Shown here piece after piece: positions 1-13,439 of a stretch of DNA of 64,000 nt (its first letter is position 1; each line of letters begins with the position of its first letter). The stretch lies in assembly GCF_009914755.1 (NCBI RefSeq), contig NC_060926.1, one strand, 5' to 3'. This stretch comes from the human T2T-CHM13v2.0 reference genome, Homo sapiens. Both the position numbers and the translations under genes were made by a program. A model generated the notes under the pieces. That model ran no database searches and had not been told where the DNA came from. It was given only the letters and a program-made list of their open reading frames with translations.

Positions 1-108
1 GCCCCACACTGTGCCCTGTGCTGGGGATGTGGGGGAGCAGGTCCACGTGGACACTGGCCTTGTCTGCAGGAGTTTACAGCCTGGTGGGCAGACAGACATG
101 CAAGGGAA
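1..108 (-). mobile_element. L2 LINE 3'-region fragment
   Basis: tgtgctggggat...gagtttacagcctggtgggcagacagacatg resembles antisense L2 3' end; interrupted by the following Alu. Confidence 0.5.
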
Positions 109-410
109 TTTTTTTTTTTTTTTTTTTTTTTGAGACAGGGTTTCCCTCTGTTGCCAAGGCTGGAGTGCAGTGATGCGGTCATGGTTCACTGCAGCCTTGA
201 TCTTCTGGGCTCCAGCGATCCTCCCACCTCAGCCTCCTAGTAGTTGGGTCCACAGGTGCATTCCACCACGCCTGCTAGTTTTTAAATGTTTTTAGAAACA
301 AGGTCTTGCTTTGTTGCCAGGGCTGGTCTTGCACTCCTAGGCTCAAGCGATCTGCCTGCCTTGGCCTCCCAAAGTGTTGGGATTACAGGCGTGAGCCACC
401 ATGCATGGCC
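109..410 (-). mobile_element. AluJ, full length
   Basis: poly-T followed by antisense Alu dimer with J-type gcagccttga/ggctcaagcgatc; flanking agggaattt duplication. Confidence 0.93.
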
Positions 411-3064
411 TAGGGAATTTCTTGAATGGTGAATGCTGTTAGGATATCACGATGTTGGGGGAGGGGGGCTGCTAACAAAGCCAGAGGGCCTCTACATTCA
501 TTCACTCATTCATTTAATTACTTCAACAAATATTTAGTGAGTCAACCACATGCCAGACGTTTTCCACCGTCCTTCCCAGCATATCAATCTCCCGCTTTTG
601 CACACATCTTGACTGAAAGCTAGAGAAATAAAAATTTCTAGTGGCAGAGGAAATTAGCATGAACAAGAGGAATCGATTGTGACATGGAGAAATTACCAGG
701 ACTCTGTAACGGGACTCTAATTGCTTGTCTTCAAGCCTTCTGTCGCCAGCTGAGCATCCCATCCGGGTTCCACATGATCACCCTCTTGCATTCCTGTGGT
801 ACAGGGAACACAGGGTGGCTGCTGACAAATTTAGTGTGTTTGGGAACAACATTGAGACAACAGGGTTACAAGGGAAGTGAGCTTGGTGCCATCTGCCTGA
901 ACCCCCACCCCCGGCTGGGCATAGGGTAGGAAGACCACCCCTTCTGTTCCCCTGAGCAACTGCTTCCTGACCAGGGACCCTGGGGACCAAAGCTCTCTGC
1001 AAAGGGCCCCTGGGAATCTTTGATGAGAGCAATGCCCAGTGCAACCATAGATCTACCCAGCTGACGACCACCCGAGGCCATGCCCTGCTGAGACAGGTGC
1101 CCCCGCAGAGGAAGCTTAGATCTGAGGGTGATCACTGTAACCCTGGAGTCAGGGCAGGTTTCCTGGAGGAAAAGGGAAATTTGCAAGATGGGCAAATGAC
1201 AGGTACAAAGAGGGGCAAGTGTCTCCCATGGGGAGGAGACCGTGTGCTGAAGCCATGGGGGTGTTCATTAAGGGAGGGGCCATCGTGGGAGCTGAGGCTG
1301 CTGGAGAGTTGTGTCCAGAGCTCCTGACCTCAGATCCTTTGCCTCCACACAGCTTCTGTTCCATGTGCCGTCCTGGATCCCGCCTCCCACAACCCAGACC
1401 TGCTGCTGTCTTCCTTTTCTCTCTCTCTGCTGCTTTCTTCCCATTCTCCCAGTCTCTGCCATAAGCTCCAGATTTATTGAAGAGTAAAACATCCTTCCCT
1501 GCCCTCCAGGTACCCACAGCTTGGCAAGGGAGACAAACAAGAGAATGGCCCAGGGCAACGCGTGATAAACTATAAAATGGGTGGGAAAATCCAGAGAAAG
1601 CAACTTGCTCTACCCTGGAGGTTCAGACTGGCTTCACAGAGAACAGGACATCTGGGCAGGAATTTGTTAGAATGAGGAGAGATGTTTCCAAGCAGAGAGA
1701 ACAAACTGCCTGGGCCAGGACAGAACCGGGAGACATTTAGAGAATGCAGGCAGTTGCTCAGTGGTTTCTTTTGAAAGGGTGAGGCCATGGCTATTCAACC
1801 AGTGATGGGAGCAACACATGGAGATAGAGGAGAGAGACAAGAAAAGGAAATCAAAGAAGAAGAAGCCAGAAAGGCATTGATCATGCACCCTGCTGGGGCC
1901 AGCCTCGGGGTTGGTATTCCCACCTGAGTTCAGCAGGTGGGGAAACCAGGGTCTCCCCCAAGCTGGGAGCAGAGCTGTGCTCTCAGGGATCTTTCCAGCC
2001 ATGCTCCTTGGCTTATAGCTGGTGGGTTTGGGTTTCTTCTGAAATTGCAGAAGCTCTCTGGAGGTTTCTAGGCAGGGCCCTTTGGCCTCCTCTGTTTACC
2101 TGGTCTCAGGCCCTGACCTGCACCACCAACCCTAGGACTCCGGGCTCTCCCTTTCACCCCACCTGCTGGCCTCCCTTCATCCTGCCAGATTCACTGCCAC
2201 TGGGTGCCCACCCTGTCTGGACAAAGCCAAGGCCCCTCCTGCTAGGCCCATCCTGTGGCCACCTGGGGCTGCGAGAGATAGTTGCCCTTTTCCGCTTGAC
2301 ACTATGTGTTTGGTCCCCTGCCCCGGGCAGCCCCATGCTCCTCCCTGGCCCTGCCGGCTTCCAGAGCATTTATCAGGGCCTGTGTATGTTTTTCTTGTGT
2401 GGGATTTGAAATGATTTCTTTAAACAAGGCCTAAACTGGGATTGATTTCCTCTCTTTATTTAGAGTGGTTTGTTTTGTAATATGGTTCTTCTAACAGTCT
2501 AAATTGTGGGAACTTGGGAGAAAAAAAAGAGAATTTTCTGACTTCATATAAATATAAATTACTTTATCTCTCTTTGAAGACTTCCGTGTCTTTTCCTTGA
2601 AAAGGCTGGAGCCAAATTCCTTGGGGGTCCTTTTCTTGTCAGAATTGTTATGATGAGAATGATACACTCACCATGAGACTTCCATTCCAGGCTGAGAATT
2701 AAAACAACCCTGGCCTTTATTCAGTGCCTTGTACTTTTCTTTCAAAGCACATTCATAGCCATTAATGTGATCTTCACAACATAAAATTCCCCTTTAATTT
2801 GATCTTCGGAACAGCCCCAAGAAGTGAGGAGGGAAGACGGACTCACCGCCAGTTGAAGGAGGAGGAAATGGCTTGCCTGTTAGGTCGTGGGCCTGGCCTG
2901 GGAGTGACTGGGTTGCTGGTCGAGTAGCTCAATCCCTTGAGTGCTGATTTGATAAATATTTTTGCGTACCAACGATGTGCCAGGCTCCGAGCTGGAAGTG
3001 ACCATGCAAATGAGCCATTTGACTTTTTGCATTTGCTGCTTGGACTCTCCGGCCTCTAACAACC

Positions 3065-3240
3065 TGCAGGTTCCCCAGACTATGCTTGCATGCCTCCAGT
3101 GACAGGGAGGTCACCACCTATCAGAGTAGACCATTCCAACTGTGGATGGCTCACGTGGTTAGAATCCTTTCTTCCCCTGCGTGGAAACCATCTCCCTGTG
3201 TGTTTCATCCTGCCTCCTGGGTGTTCCTTCTTCCCTGAAG
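3065..3240. mobile_element. L3/CR1 fragment
   Basis: gcctccagtgacagggaggtcaccacct...ccattcc...gttagaa matches recalled L3 consensus; similar relics near 13430-13830 and 34375-34520. Confidence 0.5.
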
Positions 3241-3889
3241 CAGGTAGGATCATGTCCCCGCTCCATCCTCTCTTCACTGGAGGAAACAGTCTTTGCTGTT
3301 TCCACATGTGAGCTGGGTCATGGTTTCTGAACAAGCTCCAACTTGGCACTGACCTTCCTTCAGGTTCCTTCTCACATGTGTGACCTGACTAGCTTAGCTG
3401 GCGTGGGACTGTGTCATCCTTTCTTCTGGGTATTATGACTTGATCAATGTGACACTTACTTGTCTCAGGTTACTTAGAGTCACCACGTTCCTGCTGACCC
3501 ACATTGAACTGGTGCTGACAAAAGCCCCTCATTCTTTCCTCCTGTACCTTCAACTTGGGTTCTTAGGCTGAGCTGACGGGCAAATCTCCCAGTTAGAGCT
3601 GCTTGACTGGACCCTCCAATAGGAGGCCTCCACCCAGCCTTTACAGACCCTGCGGATCCCAACTTCATTGTCATTGAAATTAACATTTTCTCCCAGCTGT
3701 GCTCCACCCACGTTTGACCAGCCCACCACCCAATTCCTTGTCCAAGCACTGAAATGGCTGCTGAGGCCTGAGCGCTGGAGAAGCCCTCTGGTTGGCTGAC
3801 TTTGTTTCATTAGCAAATGATCCTTGCAGCCATGCAGTTTTTCCACCTTGTCCACAAGGAAAACATGACCTACTTTGTCAAATGTCTAG

Positions 3890-4243
<354 letters not shown>

Positions 4244-4461
4244 TGAATCTTACTGATATCCCAGACCAGGGAGCTTGTTAAGAAGGAAATGAAATGAGAA
4301 ATAACGCATTCTTAAGATGCACATGACCATTCTCAGCAGGGTGCTCCCCTTGTTTCCCCACCCGGGTGTTCACCCATCATCCGTTTACTTGTCTATATGT
4401 TCTAAATAGGGTGAGGGTAATACTTTTTTGTCTATGTTGCATGAGGTTAAGGGAAAGAAAG

Positions 4462-4818
4462 TGATATGGTTTGGCTCCGTGTCCCCACCCAAATCTCATC
4501 TCGAATTGTGATTCCCATGTGTCAAGGGAGGGACCTGGTGGGAGGTGATTGGATCACAAAGTGGTTTCCCCCATGCTGTTCTCTTCATAGTGAGTGAGTT
4601 CTCACAAGGCCTGATGGTTTAAAAGTGTGTAGCAGTTCCCCCACTCTCTCCTGCCGCCTTGTGAAGAAGGTACCTGCTTTCCCCTTGCCGCTGCCATGAT
4701 TGTAAGTATCCTGAGGCCTCCCCAGCCATGAGGAACTGTGAGCCAATTAAACCTCTCTTCATCATAAATTATCCAGTTTCAGGTAGTTCTTAGAGCAGTG
4801 TAAAAATCGAGCAATACA
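4462..4818 (+). mobile_element. THE1D-like MaLR solo LTR
   Basis: tgatatggtttggctccgtgtccccacccaaatctcatc ... attaaa ... caataca; TG..CA termini; flanks gaaag/ggaag. Confidence 0.9.
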
Positions 4819-5092
4819 GGAAGGTAACAGAAGAAATTAGAGAAGTAGGTTATAGCCAGAAATGTAGGTCTTGAAGGCTGTGCTAAGGAGTTATTAGGCA
4901 GCTCTGTCCTATTTGGAGCAGACAAAGAGACAAGTTGAATGCTTTGCTGATTTTGAATGCACACCTTCTCTGTGCGCACACTTTCTCTTGTCCATAGATG
5001 GTTTCCAAATAGCAATTGTGTGAGGCCTGACAAGCTGTGACATTGACAGTCTTGGTTTCCAGATAGCATCTGCAGCGTTCAACCCTCCTGGA

Positions 5093-5205
5093 TAGGGTGA
5101 CCATATAATTTATTCTCCAAACTGTGACTCTGGGGAGCAAGAAGGGTGTATTAGTAATTATTCTGGGACACCAAGGGTAACCTAGGGCTTCCCTGGACAA
5201 AACCT
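5093..5205 (+). mobile_element. MER96/MER96B-like hAT DNA transposon fragment
   Basis: tagggtgaccatataatttattctccaaact...taattattctgggaca. Confidence 0.65.
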
Positions 5206-6239
5206 ACCCTGGAAAAATCCTGCCCAGCATCCCTTTCAGACACTCGGGAATATTAGGGAGCCTCTGACTTGGAACAGGCAGGAATCGTGTTTCACTTTGA
5301 CTCCATATGGGGGCTGCAAGGGTAGAGATCGGGGTCTGAGGATTTGGCTAACGGGCCAAATGTTTTGGGTTTGCTAAAGCTTCAGCCACATCATGCCTCG
5401 AGCATTTTCCTATCACTCTCAAATTTGTGTACTTTAGGGCAAAGTCATTTCATATGGCCCTAGCACCTTCACACACGGCTCAGTGAAGCCATTCCTGGAC
5501 AGGCTTCTTGCTGTCGAATGAGCCCTCCCTGTGGAAGGCGCCTCTCTTTGAACTCAGACGCCTGTTTATTTTTGAACTGGAAACCAGAAACTTAGAATTC
5601 CCCAGAGCCACAGGCTCAGATCCTTTTTTTCAATGATAACCTGTGGAACTTATAGAGTGGTAGACTTGAGAAATACCCGGGAGGGGAGAACCCGATTGAT
5701 CATTTTATCCAACCATCTCACATTACTGATGGACAAACCTGGCTTGAAAGACCTGGGTTGAAAGAGAAGAGAGGGATTTGCTGAAGGTCACCTCGTGTTT
5801 TCATTCCTTTGCCATTATCAAGAACATTACCATGCCCGGCTCCTATAGGAAATGAAGCAATGCGTGAGAATAAAAGCCATTTGATCACACACAGCCTCAA
5901 GTCACTCACAATTCCGAAAAGCCTTGAGGCTGTGTGCAGACCCGCGCGGCAACTTTTAGAGGTCTCACCTCCATTGCCAAGTGCAGAGCCGAGTTAAAGA
6001 CTGTTATTATGGAGTCCAAGTGAGGACAAGAAGAGTCACACTCACCATCCAGCAAAGCCAGAGAAGGTTCTCGTAGCACCCAAGGATGCACATTGTGGTC
6101 CCCTGGGACGCTCTCTGTGACGATGCCCCCACTGCTCTCCCTACCTTGCTCAGCTCCCTTCTCCCAGGAACATGGTTGCCTGAGTGTCTCTCCCCACCAA
6201 GGACCCCTTAAGCAAGGCCTCAGGGAGGTGGCGTGGTGT

Positions 6240-6430
6240 TTTGGGCTTGAAACCTGATTCTTTCATCTTGGGCAACTTACTTCATGTCCCTGAGACTTAG
6301 ACTTCTCAATTTTAAAACTGGGGCCATCATAACTCTCTTCTATGTGAGTCGTGGATGCTACGGGACATGATGTATGTAAGAGTGTCTGCTCGCTGTACCC
6401 AGTTCCCTGTCAGTGCCTAGTGAGGTTATT
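6240..6430 (+). mobile_element. MIR
   Basis: cttgggcaacttactt...tttaaaactgggg core-like sequence. Confidence 0.6.
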
Positions 6431-6448
6431 ATTGCTCTCACTTTCATA

Positions 6449-6654
6449 TGTGGTTTCTGAACGTTGGCACTATTGGCATTCTCTGTTGTGGGTGTTATTC
6501 CATGCCTTTTAGGAGGTTCTGCAGCATCCCCGGCCTCCACCAACTACATGCCCTTAGTTTACACCCCCCAAATTGTGACAAGCAAAAGGTGTCTCCAGAT
6601 ACTGCCAGATGTCCTCTGGGGAGAGAAAAATCTCCAACCCCAAGTTGAAACCTC
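6449..6654 (-). mobile_element. MER20 hAT-Charlie element
   Basis: ttgtgacaagcaaaaggtgtctccagatactgccagatgtcctctgggg is antisense MER20 core. Confidence 0.85.
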
Positions 6655-6923
6655 TCTTTTAGTATTACCTGGAGTGCCTAAGATTCCCGATATCATAATG
6701 CAGTGAGAAGAATGTGGATTTTGAAGTAGACTGATTCAAGCGAAAACCCAGGTTCTACCAGTCACTACCATGTGGCCTCAGGCAAGACAATTTTTTGCCT
6801 TTTTATCTGTAGAATGGGCACAAGAATGGCTCTACCTGCTTGATGTTGGTCAAATGTGACCATGCCAGGCCTGGGGAAGCTGTTAGACCTATGTTCATTT
6901 CACTTGTTTTCCTCCTGGAGGTG

Positions 6924-6962
6924 CTCACCAGGCATTAAATCTCACCAGGCATTAAATCTCAC
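6924..6962. repeat. Perfect 17-bp tandem duplication (ctcaccaggcattaaat x2.3)
   Basis: read directly: 6924-6940 = 6941-6957, plus ctcac. Confidence 0.95.
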
Positions 6963-7034
6963 GTGTCCCTGTGTCATTGCAAGGCAGTGCGGATTTCAGA
7001 ATCCTGAAGCTGAAGCATGTCAAATTGAAACTAG

Positions 7035-7421
<387 letters not shown>

Positions 7422-7787
7422 TGCTCATGTGTTTGAATGCATTTGGTTACTTCGTTTATTCTCTTCCCTGTAGCTTCACAAGTAATATCTCTCTGTCGCA
7501 ATTCTTGTGCTCTTTAATAAACTGTTGTGGTATCTGAGTCAAATTTAATCCTTACAACAAGTCAGGTCATACTTGTCCATTTTTAAGGGGAAATGAAGCC
7601 CAGAGCGGGGAGTAGGTTCCTTAAGGCTGCACAGCAAGCCAGTGGCTTGCTTGGCTCAGAACCAAGGCTGCTGGCTCTTCGGACATCCTCTTGTGCCTGG
7701 TGCCTCGGGACTTGGTGGTGGCTGTGGTGAGGCGTGTGGGATGGCCACGGTGTGGTGAGGGGAGGGAGAAAGAAGGAAGGCAGGACA

Positions 7788-8170
7788 TGTATTAGTTTGC
7801 TAGGGCTGCTGACACAGAGTACCAAACACTGAGAGCTTAAACAACAGAAATGAATATTCTCACAGTTCTGGAGGTAGAAGTCCAAGATCAAACCGCCAGC
7901 AGAGCTGGTTTCTGCAGAGGCCTCTCTCCTGGGCTCATAGATGGCCGCCTTCCCCCTGTGTCTTCACGGGGCCTTCCCTCTGTAGTCTGTCCAAATTTCC
8001 TCTTCTTATAAGGACACCAGTCAGATTGGATTCAAACCCACCCCTAGGGCTTCATTTCCCCCTAATTACCTTCTTTAATGGCCCTATTTCCAAATATGGT
8101 CACTTTCTGGGGGACGGGGGCTTAGGACTTCGACATAGAAATTTTGGGGGGCACAGTTTCGTCCATTACA
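7788..8170 (-). mobile_element. MLT1B-like MaLR solo LTR
   Basis: tgtattagtttgctagggctg...cacagttctggagg...cttataaggacaccagtcagattgga...cattaca. Confidence 0.88.
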
Positions 8171-9147
8171 GGAAGGGAGGAGGGAATGTAAGGGAAGACA
8201 TTGGAGGGAACTCTGGGGAAGGAGAGAGGAGAGGAGGAAGAGACTGGGTGGAGAAGGTCTGGGACACAAGGGTGACCCTGGTGAGCTGGGGGCGAGTGGG
8301 GGGTGAGAGGGCCCGGCAGGGGCTGGCAGTTTCTTTCTCTGTCATCAATTTCTCTTCCCAGGAGTCTCCTTCCCAGCCGCTTGCTCCTTAGGTTTGAATC
8401 TCTCCTCTTTCTTTGCCTTTCCCAGCTCTCTCCTTCTGCTGTCTTTGATTCGGTCTCTCTAGAACTCTCAGCCTCTCTCTCTACAAGACAGCAGAAATCT
8501 CGGGGGAGTTGGAGAGGGAGGCAGTGAGGATTTTCTGTGTGTGATTATTTTAGTAAGCTAGCCCAGGTTTTCACCCAAACCCACTGTAAATAAATGCTGT
8601 CCTAGAAGCTGGATCCGCTGAGAGCGCCTATCTATCCCAGCTCTGCCTGATCCTCTTTCCTCGGCTTGGCTTCTCCGTCTCCAGGCCTCATATCTCCCAG
8701 TGCAGAGCCAAGCAACATCGTCCTTCCCACCTCCACCATCCTGCCCCAAGGTCAGTACGTTGTGGCTGTAAAGGAAGGAGGGTGTAAAGGAAGCAAGGCG
8801 ACTCTGTCCATGTCTGTCCTCCCTGATAGCAGACGCTGTGGGCCTTCCATGCCACCAGGACACAGCTCCCTCATGCACACATGGGGACACTGAGGCCTGG
8901 AGAGGAGGCGTGGCTGGTCAAGCTGGCACAGCAGACACCCACACCCGTCAGCTGACCCATCCCCTCTCTCCTCTCTCTCCCTGAGACCACCACCCTGCAC
9001 GTTCCCTCCCTCTGCTCCCTTCCTCCGTCTCCTGGCTCATGCAGCAGGTCAAGCAGCCGTGGACGGGCGGCTGTGGGCTGCTGTGTTCTGCAATGTGCAC
9101 CCAGCATTCAGGGCCCAGAGCCTGCTGCCCAGACCCCAGGGCCAGAC

Positions 9148-9167
9148 TTCCAGGAACATCCCTGGAA
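9148..9167. promoter_or_regulatory. Candidate tandem GAS (STAT) site
   Basis: TTCCAGGAA (9148-9156) + ca + TCCCTGGAA (9159-9167); motif only. Confidence 0.35.
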
Positions 9168-9418
9168 AGGGAGGCAGCCTTGAAAAGTCCTTGATTTACT
9201 GAAGTTGGTGCCCAGAAGGCAGTGCTTTCTGCAGGAAGAGAGCTTGTCCAGGCTGTGAGCAGGTGAGCAGAGACGTCTGCAGGAGAAAAGGCATAGGCCA
9301 GGCCTCAAGGACTGTGTCCCACAGGCTGCTGGGAGAGGAGCAGGGAGCAGAGAGAGAGGGGGGCCTGGAGCTTGGAAACCGGCAGAAGAAGTCAGGAAGG
9401 ATTGTGAAGAGGGGGGTC

Positions 9419-9834
9419 TGTATTCTTTTCCCACAGCTTCCCTAACAAAGTACCATGAAGTGGGGGGCTTAAAATCACAGAAACTTCCTCCCTCACAGTT
9501 CTGGAGCCCAGAAGTCCAAGTTCGAGGTGGGAGTGGGGCCAGGCTCCCTCTGAAAGTTCCAGGGGAGAATCTGTCCCATGCCTTCCTCTCCACTGCTGGT
9601 GCTGCTGCAACCCTTGCTGCTCCTTGGCTCGCGGATACATCGCTCCAATCCCTGCCTTCGTTGTCACCTGGTCCCCCCAGCCCCACACTGTCTGTCTCTG
9701 TTGTCTTCTCCCCTTTTTACAAGAATACTAATCATATTGGATTTAGGGTCCACCCTATTCCAGTTTCCAAATAAGGTTGCATTCTGCATTCCTGGGAAGA
9801 ACATGAATTTGGGGGTGCTCTTCAACTCAATCCA
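9419..9834 (-). mobile_element. MLT1C-like MaLR solo LTR
   Basis: tcacagttctggagcccagaagtccaag...ggggagaatc...catattggatttagggtccaccct. Confidence 0.85.
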
Positions 9835-10729
9835 GAGTCTAAGGGAAGCCAGGTGGGTGCAGTCTTGCTCAGGCTTCTCTGGACGTGCAAAAATAAGGTC
9901 CCAGAAGACAAAGCTCACATTGGGGCCAGGCTGACATAGGTGTCTGGGCTTTCCCTGCAGCAGGTAGATACCTGCAGAGTCTGTGGGTCTCCACACAGGG
10001 ACGCACACTCCAAGAAAGGCCCCAGGGCAGCCATGCCTCCTTGTGATTCTTTGCGAGGGGAGGGAGCTGGTCAGTACTCTGTCTTGTCTGTGATCTGTTG
10101 CTTGGGATAAAGGGATCAAAACACCATCTGTGCCCCGAGCTTGTGTTTGGTACCAACCTGCAGGCCCCGGAGGATCTGTGTGGTTTGGTTGGATGTGCTC
10201 AGCGTGTGCCCACCTGGAATAAGACTTACCACTCCTGGGGATAAGAACCCATTTCCTGAAATGAGAACAGTCTGGCCAAGGTCCATGTGCTGCCTCACTT
10301 TCCTGAGTAGCCTGGGAACTCACCAATGCCTGCAGAGCTCAGCACCTCATGAGCACAGATGAAGGGTGGCCATGGTGAGCCACGTGACTCTGGGTGAGGC
10401 AGAGCCCCTCTCTGGGCCTCCATAGTTTGGGGGTTCTGGAGGTGGCTTCTAAGCCTCCCACCAACTTGAGTAGTAGAACCTTGGATCATTGCAACAGTAC
10501 CATTTTTTTTTTCTCTGCAGTGGGCTATAAGTTTGCAAAGCCTTTTTAAACATTTTGTCTTATTGAATCATCTTATTATTCTCGGGCCACAGTGGACAGG
10601 TGCAATTTTCATGTTTCTCAAGATAGACAGCCTGAGGCCCCGGGTCTCACTGTCAGGTAGGTCAAAGCTTTGAGATTAAGTCCTGTAATGCCTTATTTCA
10701 GTGTCCCAGGTCCCCAGATATTTCCCTAT

Positions 10730-11400
10730 TAAGTCACTCATGGGACACCTGTGTGTTGAGTGCCTGTTCTTAGTCAGGCACTGATCTCAGCATGGGACAC
10801 CATGGAAGTGAACACTGACAAAAATCTGCTGTCACCGGGTGTGGTGGCTCATGCCTGTAATCCCAGCACTCTGGGAGGCCGAGGTGGGCGGATCATGAGG
10901 TCAGGAGATCGAGACCATCCTGGCCAACACAGTGAAACCCCGTCTCTACTAAAAATACAAAAATTAGCCGGCTGTGGTGGCACGTGCCTGTAATCCCAGC
11001 TACTTGGGAGGCTGAGGCAGGAGAATTGTTTGAACCTGGGAGTCGGAGGCTGCAGTGAGCCGAGATCACCACTGCACTCCAGCCTGGTGACAGAACGAGA
11101 CTATGTCTCAAAAAAAAAAAAAATCTCTGCTGTCTTGGAGTTCACATTCAAGAGAAGAAAACCAACAATAAACACACAGATGGTATGTCACACAGGGAAA
11201 AGAAGGAGAGGGACAGTGACCCTCTCAGAGCCAGAGGGGGACTGTTGTCGCATAGAGTGTGATGTGGACAACCTCTCTACTAAGGTGACTTTTGAGTGGA
11301 AACCTTCAACCCTTGTGAGGGTAGAAGCCAGGTGGCTGCATGAAGGAAAAGCATCCCAGGTGCTGAAGGCCCTGGGAAGGGAACAAACAACACACAGGGA
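10730..11400 (-). mobile_element. L2 fragment (interrupted by Alu)
   Basis: ttgagtgcctg...caggcactg...ggagttcacattc...aaggtgacttttgag...aaggccctg. Confidence 0.65.
10834..11123 (+). mobile_element. AluSc-like
   Basis: gatcatgaggtcaggagatcgagaccatcctggccaac and cctggtgacag; poly-A; aaaatc(tc)tgctgtc flanks. Confidence 0.93.
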
Positions 11401-11445
11401 GGCCAGCGGGCTCACACTGAGAGTCTACACTTGAGACCTGTAAAG

Positions 11446-11647
11446 CAGGGCTCTCTTTTGGTTTCCCTGGGCCACATTGGAAGAAGAATTGTCTTGGGCC
11501 ACACATAAAATACACTAACACTAACGATAGCTGAGGAGCTAAAAAAATTGCAAAAAATCTCATAATGTTTTAAGAAAGTTTATGAATTTGTGTTGGGCTG
11601 CATTCAAAGCTGTCCTGGGCCGCTGGGCCTTGGGTTGGACAAACTTG
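11446..11647 (+). mobile_element. MER30 hAT-Charlie element
   Basis: ttccctgggccacattggaagaagaattgtcttgggccacacataaaatacactaacactaacgatagctga. Confidence 0.92.
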
Positions 11648-12194
11648 TGCAAAAGAAAACAGGTGTATCTTTTATTACATATTCCAAACACCACAGATAT
11701 TTTGAAAATATAAGTATGTCAACCATTGCTTTAAAACTGTGCCATCTATTGCTCTCTGGGAACTTCCCCTTCTTGAGACTCAGCTCTGGTCCATCATATT
11801 GGAGGATGCCGAATCCTGATAAAGGATTTCTGGGCAGCTCTGAACAGAGGACAAAAGAGATGGAGATGAGCCTCCTGTGGTTGGAGTCACTAACACAGTC
11901 ACATGGTGTCATTGAATGCCTGCTGAAAACACTTGTCCGAGCAGCGCTCTGGAGCATAGACTGAGCCTTTGTGATGGTCATAGCTGGTGGCCTGTGCAGG
12001 AATGAGTTAGCGTCCCTCCAGGTGGGTGCGGAGGAGGAAATCCAGCCCCACCCTGGGAGACCTCCTGGGTTCATCCTGGTCTAGCATGAATGACTCTGTC
12101 TTGGATACACCAGGCTTCCTTCCCCTTTCTGCAGTAGAATTCATCGAATTCTGCCAGTGCATTAGAGATGTGGGCTTAAGAAAATCCAAATGAC

Positions 12195-12380
12195 ATCAAT
12201 CAACTAGTGATGAACAAATATTTGCAGAGCCCTTCCTCAATGTCACACCCTCAGTTTGGAGCTATAGTTTAGAAGAATATGGGGATTAATGAAACCTGGC
12301 TGCTTCTGTTACATTCAAGAGGAGAAAACCAACAATAAACACACAGATGGTACGTCAGATGGGGAAAAGAAGGCAGGGGG
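12195..12380 (-). mobile_element. L2 fragment carrying a 63-bp block nearly identical to 11144-11206
   Basis: aacaaatatttgcagagc L2 tail-like start; 12311-12373 aligns to 11144-11206 with 5 mismatches. Confidence 0.55.
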
Positions 12381-13250
12381 AGAGGGGTAGGGAGGAAGAC
12401 TCCCCACTCCTGGGGGATTCGCTGCGGAGACAAGATTTATGTTCAGGAAAAGTTAACATGCAGGAAAAGTAGTTACAATATAGCTCCTTAGTCTGAACCA
12501 TGACTAGATAATCATATGGTGAGCCTTTAAATGTACCTGTGGGATACGGAAAGAAAGGACCTCCTTGTGTCCTAACCCATGGAGCAGGGGGGTGCAATAA
12601 AGTACTGTGGGTGACAGAGTTATTTGAAGGGGTGATGAACTTTGCGGGTGAGATGGCCTGAATTATCAAGTTCAATAGATAAGGAGGGTGAGGCCTAGAG
12701 GGGATGTTTCTCACCCAAGGTCACACCCAGAGCCAGTGTCCAAGTGGGACTAGGGCCCAGGTGGCGTCCTCGGGTTCTTCCAGGCCTGCCTCTTGCCTCC
12801 TAAACATTTTCATCTGTTTCTGGATATTGGTGGCTCCATGAACTTTGGGCGATCTCAGCGTTTGGTTTTCAGGTCTGTGACTGGAAGGCAGAAGGGATCT
12901 GCTGACTCCACCTGCAGATGGACTGAGTCCTTCTCGTGCCCATCACCTTACCGCTAAGGTGTAAAGGACTCAGGAAAGGGACACAGGAGCTGGGTCAGGG
13001 TAGCTGCAATCGATTGCTTGGACAAGAATGGACCAATGACACTCACAGCTGACATCATGGTGGTGACTTTTTATGAAAGTCAGGCCAGAGCAGACACAAT
13101 GAAAGTTAAAGCATTGAGTGTGAAGTCTTGTCTTGGAGTCAAAAAAGCTGAACCAACTAGCTCAGATTGGCAGGGGGTGATGGGGATATATGGCAAGCAC
13201 AAGGGTATGAGAGAAGGACCCTAGAAGGTTCTAACTAAAATTAACCTCAA

Positions 13251-13439
<189 letters not shown>

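Noticed and set aside
8170-8500. Purine tract followed by pyrimidine tract (H-DNA or hairpin)
   Set aside because: No real mirror or inverted symmetry on inspection; low-complexity composition only.
11650-12200. Possible processed pseudogene or exon (ORFs 11604..12074, 12007..12189)
   Set aside because: No protein I can recognise, no poly-A tail or TSD.
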